Shown piece after piece: positions 1 through 12,877 of a stretch of 64,000 bases of DNA (the stretch's first letter is position 1; every line of letters begins with the position of its first letter). The notes below the pieces were generated by a model. It had not been told where the DNA came from and searched no databases. It saw only the letters and a program-made list of their open reading frames with translations. Both the position numbers and the translations under genes were made by a program. Location of the stretch: positions 22,072,001 through 22,136,000 of the forward strand of contig JBHGNT010000006.1 in the NCBI GenBank assembly GCA_043228905.1, written 5' to 3'. This DNA comes from Azolla caroliniana. Lineage: Eukaryota; Plantae; Polypodiophyta.

Positions 1-256
1 AGAGCCGGATGGTGCAGGCCCGGTATGAACCGGATGAGGAGTACCCGGCTACGGAGAGCCGGATGGTGCAGGCCCGGTATGAACCGGATGAGGAGTACCC
101 GGCTACGGAGAACCGGATGGTGCAGGCCCGGTATGAACCGGATGAGGAGTACCCGGCTACGGAGAGCCGGATGGTGCAGGCCCGGTATGAACCGGATGAG
201 GAGTACCTGGCTACGGAGAGCCGGATGGTACAGACCCGGTGAGAACCGGATGAAGA
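1..256 (+). repeat. 54-bp tandem repeat (~4.7 copies) in LTR U3; explains ORFs 9..242 and 25..306
   Basis: Unit AGAGCCGGATGGTGCAGGCCCGGTATGAACCGGATGAGGAGTACCCGGCTACGG repeats at 1, 55, 109, 163, 217. Confidence 0.95.
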
Positions 257-704
257 GACAGATTCGTAAATATGTTTCTGAGAGCCCATCGAGGCTACAT
301 TTGTAAATAGCCGAAAAGTCATATTAGTATAAATATGACTTAGGGCAAACTTTTAATTAGTTGTTGTTGTTACTTTTCTTGTTGGTGCAAGAAGAAGAGA
401 GAGCACGTTATAGTGTACAGAGTGAGAGAGAGAGAAAGAGGTTGTTGCCTCTGTTGTAACTGTCGCCTGTGGCAAAGAGCGTGAGTCCGAGGTCGTTGCC
501 TCCGAGAACTCACTGTTTTGTACATTCATACATAGTGACAGTTTGCAGCCTGTGGGCTGCCGTGGTTTTTCCCCCTAGTTTGGGGTTTTCCACGTAAACC
601 TCCTGTGTAGTGTGTGCGTATCTTCCTCTCCTTTGTATCGTGTTTTATTTCCCGTTTTTCTGTGTATGAAAAGAATCTCGGTTGTGGCCGAGCGTTGTGC
701 ATAA
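1..704 (+). mobile_element. Partial LTR (copia-like); runs off the window start and lacks the terminal CA
   Basis: 560-700 (CCGTGGTTTTTCCC..GGGGTTTTCCACGTAAA..CTCGGTTGTGGCC) aligns with the reverse complement of the TSD-flanked solo LTR 53210-53844; TATAAATA near 328. Confidence 0.65.
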
Positions 705-764
705 GGAACGTTGGGTTCCCGTCATCCTCTTCCTCCATCGAAATTTGAATACAACATTTGTCCG

Positions 765-1232
765 TGTTGAGAATCAAGCTCAACATAGAGCAACGTGTGA
801 ACACACCTTTTGAGAATCTATGATTACTCAAAGGTCAAGAGTCCCACCACCACTCTCTACACATTAAACTATGTGTCATAGATTCATATTCTATGACACA
901 TAACTAATGGTTCCACATTCCCCATGACCGTAAGACTTCACATTCCTCAAGTCTCTAGTGAGAGAGTGAACGTTGTAGTGAGTAAATGAAGAGAGAGGGT
1001 GACTCTATATAAAGCACCCTCCTCCTACTCCATATTAAGTCGGTTGTGACTCCTTGTAACGTTATTTTGTATCTCATATTCTACTTGTTAATATACATCT
1101 CCTTCTTCTTCTTGAGTACTTCATATTGTCTCTTATCTATCTTGTGTTTCTCTCCTCTCCTCTCTTCTCTCACGCATATCCACATAACTCACATCTCTTC
1201 CGCTTCACAAGAATCATATCCGATTCTTTACA
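765..1232 (+). mobile_element. Solo LTR, copia lineage starting TGTTGAGAATCAAGCTCAAC
   Basis: TG..CA ends; TSD GTCCG/ATCCG (1 mismatch); homologous to LTR 25093-25479; interrupts gag of copia A. Confidence 0.85.
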
Positions 1233-2188
1233 ATCCGTCACGCGTGTTGTTCCTTTGACGCACATGATTCTCCTCGACAAGCAATAACGATTGGAGATAA
1301 AAAAAAAGGAAGGATGATTCTCTCTCGCAAGGATGGCCGATCTAATCGAGCAAAATCGAGGTGCTAAGCCACTGAGGCATATTTGCACCATCTCGTCATC
1401 ATCAATGATGATATTGATCGAACTGAGGGCGTCACATAGTTCCTTGATCTTCCAGGTGTAACTTGTAATCGACATATCCCTTTGTTGCAGATTGTTTAGC
1501 TCCTGTCGAAGTTGGAGCTTTCGTGCAGCCATATTGGCCGCAAAGATTTTCTTGAGGTTTTCCCACACTTGTTTCAACGTTTTTGCCTCTCTGATATATC
1601 CCATCATATGATCATGTACGCATGAGGCCAAGCAATACAACACATGGCATGCGGCCTACTCCCAAGCGGGATAGTCAGCATGTGTTGAGTTGGGTTGTAT
1701 TTTGTTACCCGGTCGGCAAAGGAGTTAAAGACCAGAATATGAAAGGGATTATTTATTCGGAATCTATTTTAATTAAGTAGTTTATGAGATGTGAACGGAC
1801 GGACCAAAATCGGTATGCCGATCCGAATCTGGACCAGTTCCGAACAGGTGCCGGTTGGCACCGTCTTGTACTCAGCACCGGTGACCTATATAAAAGCCTG
1901 GTTACAGTGTAAAAATTTGACAAATAATTAATAGAGCTTCTTGTTTTATCTTTAAGTGTTGATTATCGTTCTGTACTAATTGTTCTATTGTACGCGTGTA
2001 TCGAGTTTAATGCCATATTGCTAACTAACCAATTAAGTATGATTAATCGTTGTGTCTTAAGCTATCTCGCCATGGTGAAGTGTCTTCTGTAGACACCCTG
2101 TGTTAGGCCATTGTCTGGCCCTAAGGATTAACACAATTTTTGGCGACCACGATTCCTGCACAATCGCAGCGAACAGCGGCGGGAATGG

Positions 2189-3521
2189 ATGACTAGACCA
2201 ACGAACGACCCGGTTACGGAGTGAGCACAGAGACTTGTTGAACGGCTAAGGAAGCGAGAGGCTTTCCAGCAAGCGGCAAAAAAAATCAAAGCGGATCGCT
2301 CATTTTCCAAGGTGATCCGGCGAGTGGCCAAGGAGTCACTGCGTTCACAACAAAACGATTACTTGGACGAAGGAAGCAGCCTAAGCAGCCTTCGGGAAAC
2401 GGAATCCCTCCTCCAGGCATTGGCAGCGGGCAAAGGCGAATCCGAAGCATTTTCGTCTTTTGAATCGGATTCGGAAGGGGAATACAGCGCGCATACGAAC
2501 TACCGTAGCAGTAACGACACCCCGAACGGACCGGAGGACGAGGAGTCGGATACCTTGCTGACACCAGGACTAGAATTGACAAGGTTGGAACCTCTAACAC
2601 CGGAAGTTGAGCACACACCGGAACCAGAAGTCAAGGAAGAGAGACCTTTGACACCGAAAGTCGATCACACACCGGAACCAGAAGTCGAGGAAGAGAGACC
2701 TCCGACACCGGAAGTCGAGCACACACCAGAACCAGAAATCGAGGAAGAGAGACCTCCGATATCGGCAGTCGAGGAGGGGAGGCCTCCGACACCAAAAGAG
2801 GAGCAGGAAAGACCTCTGACGCCGACAGCAGAGGAGGAAAGACCACCGACACCACCAGCCCGCGTACCGACACCAGACAACGATATGTTGTTCCAATATC
2901 CCAATTACCGGGATGATCCAAACGCGGAAGCCCACGTCCATGCGTTTTAGCAAACCTGGGAGGAAAATCATGTGTCCCAACGCTTAAATGCGGCCCAAGA
3001 GGAAGGCTCAAAAAGGCCAGAGTTCGGCATGACCCTGGAGGGACCAGCCGCCAGATGGCACCGAACACAAGATCCCAGCACCATCCCCACGTTTGAAACA
3101 TTAAAGACAAAATTCTTGCATTTCTTTCACAAGGAGATGGACCAACAGGAAATGGTAGGCTTGTTTTAGAGTATCCGGCAGGAACCAACGGAGAACATTC
3201 AACAGTTTGTCATCCGGTCCCAGTGGATCCACAGTCAGCTCAGCCGGACACCACCGGAGGAAGAAACAAAGGCCATATTCCTAGCAGCACTCCGGGAGCC
3301 CTTACGAATGGTGTGCACCATCATTCATTTCCGCACTAGCAACATAGATCAAGTGATCGACCGAGTTCAGGAAATGGAAAACTAAAGTTCATGGCTAACC
3401 ATGGGCGCACTTCAGCGTGCACTACCGACAGATGAGGACCTCCATTTCCAACAAGCAATTCAATGTATGACATGCTTGAATACCGGACATTCGGCACTGG
3501 AATGCACAATGCGTTCCCAAT
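2189..3521 (+). pseudogene. Gypsy gag, N-terminal part, with Pro/Glu repeats (RPPTPEVEHTPEPEVEEE) and first zinc knuckle; in-frame stops
   Basis: ORFs 2312..2950 and 2972..3169 (LEGPAARW..TFETLKTKFL); CMTCLNTGHSALEC at ~3464-3506 continues after the nested copia as CLLCHSRSHTMERC. Confidence 0.8.
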
Positions 3522-6500
3522 TGTTGAGAGACAAGCTCAACATCGGCCGGATCAGCTGAGCAAGCCGAGGACCAGATCGGTGGGGACCGATCAGTTAGGC
3601 CGGATCAGTTGGAAACCGGTATGCAGACCGGTGCGTAGGAAGGCCGGATCGGTGCAGAAACTGGGAGGCCATCGGAAAGATATTCTGCAAGGAATATATT
3701 TGGGAGTTAGTGTAGGGGCTCCTTATGAGCATTGAAGTATTGTCAGTCCGAAAAGGACTTGTATAAAAGTGTTCATTGAACACACACGATGTACACATCG
3801 AGTATTATTTTTGAATTAAGTTCTTGTCTTTACTCTCTGTCTCTCCCATGCATACTATGCAAATCTAAGCTTTCCATTCAACCTGCGTTTTCTGTTGTTC
3901 CATTTCCTATATTGCTTCCGCACGCCATTCTTTTCATGGTATCAAAGCGCAAGGGTTGAGAGCCTCTGCAGCCGACATAGCTTGAAAAGAAAAAAACCAA
4001 CCGAGAAGAACAGGTAAATTCGATGGATAGAGGCATGGCTAGCTCGCTTCCGACGGAAAAGCTCGAAAGAAATAACTATGCATCTTGGTCCTACAAGATG
4101 CACCAGTACCTGCTCGAGCACAGTTACTGGAGCTATGTCAACGGAGCAAATGACACAGCACCCGAATCGACACACAAAGACTTCCCGGCGTGGGAACAAG
4201 CGGCGAGCAGAGTGTTCTACTGTTTCGCGTCTTGTGTGAGCGAATAGCTATTAAGCTACGTCCGGGATGCGAAAACGCCGAAGGGTGCGTGGGAAAATCT
4301 GAAGAAGATCTTGGCTGCGAGCACCATAACCAGGAAGCTTCAGCTCCAACAGGAGTTGAGCAACCTACGACAACGCGATTTGTCGGTGGTTGACTATACC
4401 TCGAAGATCAAGGACATATGCGACTCCTTAGCTTCCATCGATGTGAACATCGAGGAAAGCGAGATGGTCCAAGTCTATCTCAGGGGTTTGGCGTTGAAGT
4501 TCGGAGCGTTCCGAACTGTTGTGTGTACCCGAGAGAATACGCCGTGCTTTTTCGACTTACAGTTGATGCTCCTGGTAGAGGAGAACCACGCGGGTGCATA
4601 AACGATCACGCACGCCGACAACAAGATGTTGTACACAGAGGGAGATAGGCCCTGTGGACATGGAGGACGAGGCGAGTCGGTGCGCGATGGAGGCGGCCAA
4701 CGAGATCAAGGAAGGAGGCACCGAAGTGATGTCGATAGCAATTCCGGACCCTCGGGAAACAGGGGGAGTCAAGGCGACGAGAACCGGCAAGGGAAATCGG
4801 CCGCGGAATGCTAGTATTGTGGCAAGAAAGGCCACAGGGAGAGCGAGTGCTGGAAAAAGCGCGCTGATTCGGAGAGAACCGGGTCCGGAACAGGTTTCGG
4901 ACAAACCGACAAAGGAAATGGGCAACAATCACACTACGCCGAAGGATCCAGAGAAGCCGGAAAAGGGTCAGTCTTCGTGATGAGACACGAAGCAAACTCA
5001 ATGAAGATCACCCCGAAGTCAGAGGAGGTGTGGTATGTTGACTACGGCATGTCAAACCACATGACGTGCCACGAGGAGTGGTTCTCATACGTTGAGAAAC
5101 CGACGCAACCAGGAGTAATCGCAACTGGAGACGACACTCTTCATCCGATCGCGAATGTCGGTGAAGTTCCCTTGAGCCATGTCGGGCAGAAAGGGAAACT
5201 TATGAACTTGTTACACGTCTCGACAATCACGAAGAATCTGGTGTCAGTCAGTCAGATCATGGACCAGGGGATGCAGGTTCGGTTTACACACCTCAGGTGC
5301 TTCATTAAGGAAGAAGGTCGGGTTATTGCGCAAGGGCACAAAGATGGGAGGATGTTCATCCTCGACTCTACTAACGGTGGCACCGCAATGTTCGCGAAGG
5401 GACAAAAAGTCGAGTCGGACATCGACTTATGGCACAAGCAGATAGGCCACATCAACTACCAGCGGCTTCAAGACCTGCAATCGAAACAAGTGGTGTTCGG
5501 ATTGCCCAAATTTAGTGGCCGGAAGGCACAAATTTGTGAACCCTGCCAGCTTGGGAAGCAACACCGAATTCCCCAACGAGCGTAACCGGAGCCGGAACAA
5601 GCTCGACACGATACACTCCGATGTGTGGGGGCTGGCACAAAACGTTAGTCTTGGCGGGAGCCGATATTTCGTCTCCTTCATCGACAACTACACGTGGCAC
5701 ACGTGGATCTACCTCATCGAGAGGAAGAATGAAGTCTTCGACTGTTTCCGGGACCTCAAAAAGTTCGTGGAAACGGAAACAGGAAGAAAGATCAAGTGCC
5801 TACGGTCGGATGGCGAAAAAGAATACTTTTCCGGTCAATTCAACGGTTATCTACAACAGATGGGAAGTCGGCGCGAATTCAGTTGTAGATAGACGCGAGA
5901 GCAAAACGGCGTGGCCGAGAGGAAAACTCAGTCGGTTGTGGAAGCGGCACCGACGGGTGTGAAGCCAATCGGATGTAGGTGGGTGTACAGAGTCAAGTAC
6001 AACACCGACGGCTCGGTCAACCGATACAAGGCCCGGTTAGTGGCAAAAGGCTACGCGCAGAAACACAGCATCGACTACGATGAAACGTTTCCGCTGGTCG
6101 CGAAGATGACGACCGTCCGTGTTTTGCTCGCAGTAGCCGCAGCAAAGGGGTGGCACTTACATCAGATGGATGTAAAGAATGTGTTCCTGCAAGGTGAGCT
6201 TGAGGAACAGGTGTACATGGTACAACCCCCCGGATTTCACTCCGAAACGAACACGTCGGTAGTGTGCCAATTGAAGAAGTCCCTTTACGGATTGAAGCAA
6301 GGCCCGCGTGCTTGGAACGCAAAGATCACGCAGCAACTGCGTCGGCTGGGCTTTGCGACATCGAAATTGAACTCCTCACTGTTCATCCGGAAAGGTCGAC
6401 TCAGTCCGGTCAGTATTTTACTATATGTTGATGACTTGGTCATCACCGGCGCCGACCTAGGTGAAATCGACCGCGCGAAGCTTCAGCTTGCGGCATCGTT

Positions 6501-8319
6501 CGAAATGAAGGATCTGGGGGACCTTCATTACTTCCTCGGGATTAGAGTGATCCGCAACCCCGAAGGCATATTGATCAGCCAACGGCATTAAGTACCGAGT
6601 ATGCTCTTCAAATTCGGGATGGCAAACTACAAGTCTGTCTCGACTCCTCTGGATAGAACAGTCAAGCTTCGCCCCGACTCCGGAAAGGTATGCGACTCGA
6701 CGAGGTTTTGACAGATCGTCAGAAGCCTTATCTACTTCACAATCACCCGACCCGATCTCAGTTATCCGGTCGAGGTGATCAGTCAGTTTATGGCGCGACC
6801 TACTGAGGAGCACCTTCAGTGTTCGCAACGCGTACTGTGGTACGTAAGCGGCACAAAGGACCAGGGACTGCTTTATCGGACCGGTACAGCCTCGCAGTTG
6901 GTCGGCTACACCGATGTTGATTGGGCTGGCAACACCGCCGATCGCCGATCCACGTCCGGATACGTGTTCTCTCTTGGGAGTGCCACGATAGCATGGAGCA
7001 GTAAGAAGCAGCCGACAATTGCACTGTTGACCATCAAAGTTGAGTACCGAGGAGCGGCTGTCGCGACATGCAAAGCCATATGGTTGAAGCGACTACTTAA
7101 GGACCTGCAAGAGGAGGTGTCCGATCCGACGACGATCTACTACAACAACCTCAGCAGCATCCAGCTCACGAAGAACCCCGTTTTCCACGCACGGACCAAG
7201 CACATTGAGGTATACTACCATTTTGTTCGTGAGCGTGTCCTTTCTCGTGAAGTCGAACTTCAGTATGTTCTGACGGATCGGCAAACTGCCGACATCTTCA
7301 CCAAGCCCCTTGGTCTGGACAAATTGCAGCAATTCTCGGGTGCGCTTGGGTTGCGTCACCTCGACGTGCCAAACTTGAGGCGGAGAACAGTCTCGAAAGA
7401 CCAAGCAAGGGAGCAAGAAGGGGGCGGAAGAGGCCGCGACAATGAGTCGGATGACGAATTCAACTTCGGATCGGCTGAAGAAGACGAGGGAGGATCCGCG
7501 GAAGGGTCCAAAAGCGGACATAAGGGGAGCAGCCAAAAGAAAGAGCCGAAGCCAACCAAGCATGGGGGAGATGACACCGTCAAGGGCAAGAAGACCGAAG
7601 AAGAGTTGGAGACAGCCAACTCGGACGACAGCGAAAACCGATCGGAGGTAGCCGAGTCAGTTCGAATGTTTGATTCGGATACACTAAATCAACCGAGGGC
7701 CAAGCGGAAAAGAAGGCAGCAGGAGAAGCGCCAACACCGTAACAGCAAGGGAGCTGTGAAGGGCCATGGGAGCAGACAAGCCGACTGGAAGGGTCGAAAC
7801 GCGCGGAGTCAAACAGGCTGAGGAGCACGAGCGAGGCGTGGAGCTAGGAGGAACCGGAGCGATGATCCGGAAGATCCCGAAGAGCCTGAAATTGAGCTTG
7901 AGGGGGAGTGTTGAGAGACAAGCTCAACATCGGCCGGATCGGCTGAGCAAGCCGAGGACCGGATCGGTGGGGACCGATCGGTTGGAAACCACTATGCAGA
8001 CCGGTGTGTAGGAAGGCCGGATCAGTGCAGAAACCGGGAGGCCATCGGAAAGATATTCCGCAAGGAATATATTTAGGAGTTAGTATAGGGGCTCCTTATG
8101 AGCATTGAAGTATTGTCAGTACTTCTGTCAGTCCGAAAAGGACTTGTATAAAAGTGTTCATTGAACACACGATGTACACATCGAGTATTATTTTTGAATT
8201 AAGTTCTTGTCTTTACTCTCTGTCTCTCTCGTGCGTACTGTGCAAACCTAAGCTTTCCATTAAACCTGCATTTTCTGTTGTTCTGTTTCCTATATTGCTT
8301 CCGCACGCCATTCTTTTCA
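3522..8319 (+). mobile_element. Ty1/copia element B, both LTRs present, internally deleted
   Basis: LTRs 3522-3936 and 7909-8319; perfect TSD CCAAT; PBS TGGTATCAAAGC at 3937; PPT TTGAGGGGGAG before 7909. Confidence 0.95.
4023..7908 (+). pseudogene. Copia B gag-pol pseudogene (gag, AP, INT, RT, RNase H); deletion between INT and RT at ~5949
   Basis: WYVDYGMSNHMT (protease), HSDVWG and LRSDGEKEY (INT), RYKARLVAKGY, LLYVDDL (RT), GYTDVDWAG, HARTKHIEV (RH); ERKTQSVVEAA joins directly to PTGVKPIGCRW. Confidence 0.9.
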
Positions 8320-8324
8320 CCAAT

Positions 8325-11300
8325 GCTTGCTCTGCCACTCCAGAAGTCACACAATGGAACGGTGTGAGTATAACTTGTTAAATCGGCAAGCACCACCGGT
8401 CCGGCAAATTGAACCACGAAACAACCGGGAAGAAGAAGAAGAATGATGGCGGCGAGAGGAGCGCTACCGGCCGGCACAAGATGTATGGCACAGCGATCGA
8501 AGAGACACTTATGACCGGTATGACAGACTGGATAGATGCCAGGACCATAATGGATTGTACGAGAGATACAACTAGGATCACTCCCCTGGTTACAACCAAC
8601 GACGGGACAACTATGGCAAGTATGACGACCAGCCCCGTCACGGTTACCGAAACAAAAAGCATTTCAATAAGAAACAACATTTCAACAAAAAAGGGGGTCA
8701 TCCATGAGAACCGGAAAAGGGCGCCCCAAGCAGCCAACTGGACCAAAACCAAGCACTTACCACAGGACCTCAACCAGGTGTGGGCACAAACATCGAATCC
8801 AGCAACACCCAGAAGGCGTACTATTATTATTGCCGGAAAGAAGGCCACTATAGTAACCAATGTCTGTCGAAGAGCTACGACAAGCAACCAGCGGTGAACA
8901 TGGTAGACGCGGAAGTCGCGGACTTACAACAAGTCACTATAAGATCAAAAGGCAAAGCCACGGAATGGGAAACTCAAGAAGCCATCGGGAAATAGGCAAC
9001 CGAATGGGTGAAGAAGGCAAACGAGCGGAATGCGGCAGAGCTCGAACAACAAAAGGAGAATGCTGAAGAGCTCATCGGCTTAGGGCAGCCCGAAAACCCA
9101 ACATGGCAGGCGTTACAAGAATGCCAAATAACATTGTCGTTAGGACGGCTATTGCTACTGGTACCACGCTTCACGGAAGGACTGAAGACAGGAAGGACGG
9201 TAGCCGACACACCACTGGCTCCGGCGTTCTTTTCAAATCTGAAGGAAGGACCGGCGGTAGTAGACACGAGCAGTCCGGCAATCACAGCCATTATGAAAGG
9301 AAAAGAGCTACCTGGCACGATTATCAATGAAGGATCCGGCGTGAACGTGATCAGCCTCCAAACGTGTAACACTCTAGGAATCCATGACTGGGAACCATGC
9401 CCATTTTGGCTTCAGATGGCGGACACAAGCTCAGTACGGCTGACCGGATTAATACATGATCTGGAAGTGACCATCGGGGGTCACACATTTCGCATTTCCG
9501 TAGTAGTTCTCCAACTATAGGCTCAGGGAGTGTACCCACTATTGTTGGGACGCCCTTGGTTAAAAACAGCACACATCAAGCAAAACTGGATGAAGAATAT
9601 AATTACGTTCCGGCGTGGAAAAGCGAAAGTGCGAGTACCGACTCAACCACGGTCGGGTGCCAGCAAGGAATTCACGCCACTATATGCGGAATGTGTCAAC
9701 ATGCTGGAAGGATTGGCGGATGAAGAGGTCGATCAATACTTACAGGAAAATCTGAAGATTGTACCTCTGTTCGAAATTGATGTAGCAGAAGCAGTATCAC
9801 GGTACATACTACAACCGGACGGGACCGACCCTAAACCGGATAAAGAAGCGACTCGGGAGTTACATCAAGCACAAGAGGCACTAGAAAGAGAAATGGTAGT
9901 GCCGTAGCGCATAAAAGCATCCCAACTTGAAGAGCTAAGCCTAGGTACCACAGAGGACGCAAGACCGGTTCACATCGCCAAGGAAATGACCCCGGAGAAC
10001 AAAACGGCAATGCTCGCACTCCTAAAAGAATTTCACGATGTGTTCGCCTAGTCCTGTGAGGACATGCGGGGACTCGATCCTCAGTTGTATCAACACCAGA
10101 TACATCTAAGTAAAGACGCCAAACCGGTAGCACGCAGCAAAAGTCAAAGAAGAAATCGACAAGTTGCTAAGGATTGGCTTCATCCGACCGGTAAAGAAAG
10201 CCACATGGCTCAGTTCGATAGTCGTAGTACCGAAAAAGAACGTTAAGATAAGAGTTTGCATCGACTACCGGAAATTGAATGCGGCTACGGTAACGGACGC
10301 CTTCCCACTTCCATTCACGGATGGAGTCCTGGATGCGGTCACCGGTCATGAGGTGTACAGTTTTCTAGACGGTTTCAACAGCTATAATCAGATCCGGATG
10401 CACCCCGAGGACTAGGAGAAAACTGCTTTTGTCACCGAATGGGGAGTCTTTGTTGTCATAGTTATGATGTTCGGACTGAAAACGGTGTCGGCAACCTTCC
10501 AGCGGATCATCATGGAAATTTTCGAACAATTCATTCCGGCATTCATGCAGGTGTTCTTGGACGACTTCATTGTTTATAGCCGGAAAGGGGATCACCTTCA
10601 GCACCTCTGACTATGTTTGGAGAAATGTAGGGTTTACTGACTAAGCCTGAACCCGGCGAAATGCGTGTTCGGAGTGTCCACCGGAGCGTTACTTGGCCAC
10701 ATCGTGAGCAAGGATGGTATTGCAATGGATCCGGACAAGGTCAAAGCTATTTTGGAGGCACCGGCACCAACCACGGCAAAGGCATTAAGCCGGTTCTTAG
10801 GACAAATTCAGTGGCATAGCCGAATGCTCTGGTATTTGGCAGACTTGGCTACACCATTGCATGCCGCGGTACATCGGACACCATTCCGATGGACGGACAC
10901 AGAAGACTAGGCTTACCGGGCACTAAAGGTATTGTTGTCACAAGCGTCGGTGGTGCAACCTCCGGATTGGTCTAAAGAATTCCATGTGTTCGTTGACGCG
11001 TTCCACATCACAATCAGGTACCGAAGTGGTACCGGCCAGTGTATTATGCAAGTCGGAAGCTGTCCCATGCAGAACGTAATTATTCCACAACGGAAAGGGA
11101 GGCATTGGGTATGATCTACAGTGTCACCAAGTTTAGACACTATCTATTGGGAAGGAAATTTTCCTTTCACATGGATCATTCGGTGCTCCTCTATTTGGTG
11201 TCCAAAGCATCACTCACCGGTAAGCTAGCCCGGTGGACGTTACTATTACAAGAATTTGAGTTCGAGATATTCCACCGACCCGGCATACAACATGCAGTAG

Positions 11301-12877
11301 CAAACTATTTGAGCCGGTTAGATTCTGGCGAAACCGGTGACAGCATGCCAGACGACTTCCCGGATACAGAGATGTTTAGAGTCACAACAGAAACGACAAC
11401 GGATGGTACGGTCGCAGAGGAAGACAAGTGGCTCACCAACATGCACCAATTTCTGAGCACCGGCTTACCTCTGGAGCAGATGAACAGAGACGAGAGGAAA
11501 CGCTTAGCGGTTCAAAGCCGGCACTTCTGTCTATTACAGGACACATTGTACCACAAAGGCGCAGATGGCATATGCCGGCGTGCAGTGCGCAGCGACGAAA
11601 AGGAGATAATATTGCGTGAAGCACACTTCGGAGTGGCTGGAGGACATTATGCCAAAGACGCTACGGCAAGGAAAATATGGCAGAGTGGACTATGGTGGCC
11701 AACAACATTGAAGGATGCAGTCCGGTACGCTAAAGAATGCGACCTATGTCAGCGAATGGGCCAACCAACCGAACAAGCCAGGATGCCTCACCACCCCGTG
11801 CTACCATTAGAACCATTTCAAAAATGGGGGCTGGATTTTGTCGGTCCATTCAAACCACCAGAAGTGAGAACCGGCAACCAGTACGTGATTGTCGCTACGG
11901 ATTATTGCACAAAATGGGTGGAAGCCAAAGCACTACGCGACAACATCACGGCATCCATGGCAAAATTTTTACATGAATACATCTGGTGCCGGTATGGATG
12001 TCCGATAGAGCTAATAAGTGACCAAGGTGGGCACTTGTTAGGGCAAGTAGTGGAAAGTTTGACAACATTCTATGCGGTGGTGCACAAACGGAGCACTCCC
12101 TATTATCCGCAAGCCAACGGATTGGCCAAGTCAACAAATAAAACACTACAGAACATCCTTCGATAAATCGTCACTGAGAACCGGACGGATTGGGATACAA
12201 AGCTACACAATGCACTCTGGGCCTATCGAACGGCATATAAGACAAGTATCCGCACAACACCGTTTCGCCTAGCATTCAGTTTGGAAACAGTGATGTCAGT
12301 CGAGTTCCAGGTACCGAGTTTACGAATATAGATTCGGGAACGCCTAAATGAGAAGGAATCGGAAGCGATCCGATTAGCCGCATTGTGCGAATTGGAAGAA
12401 CGCCGACTAGCCAGCATCATGCACCTAGAACTTGAGCAGCGGCGAAGGAAAGCGTTCGTGGATCGTCACCGAAAAAGGAACGAAAAGATGTTCGGAATCA
12501 GTAAGCTGGTACTAGTATTCCCGGGGAAACTACGGTTTCAGTGGACCGGACCATACTAGATCACGCGTGAGTTCAACGGTTCCTACCAGTTAGGGACACT
12601 CGTCGGCGAGGTTCTAGGTAAATGGGTCAATGGGTTCCGACTCAAACCATACAAGGGACCCATGCCTAGAAACCCATTTGAACAAGTAAAGACCGAAACA
12701 GAACCGAACACCGGTAAGTCAGAAGAGACGACAACACGTGTAGCAATCGGCAAGCGCGAAGCCGGTAAGAGGGAGCATGAGCCGACAAACGGCAAGAACG
12801 ACGCGACGGCGAGTAGTCCAGAGGCCAACAAGTCCCACAATTCGGATAGGGGTCCGGTGGGACCGGAGGCAAATTAA
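8325..12877 (+). pseudogene. Gypsy gag C-terminus and pol (AP, RT, RNase H, integrase) pseudogene
   Basis: IINEGSGVNV (AP), RVCIDYRKLN and VFLDDF (RT), YASRKLS..NYSTTEREAL (RH), HHCC, WGLDFVGP, SDQGGH, YYPQANG (INT); several stops and small deletions; no chromodomain. Confidence 0.9.
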
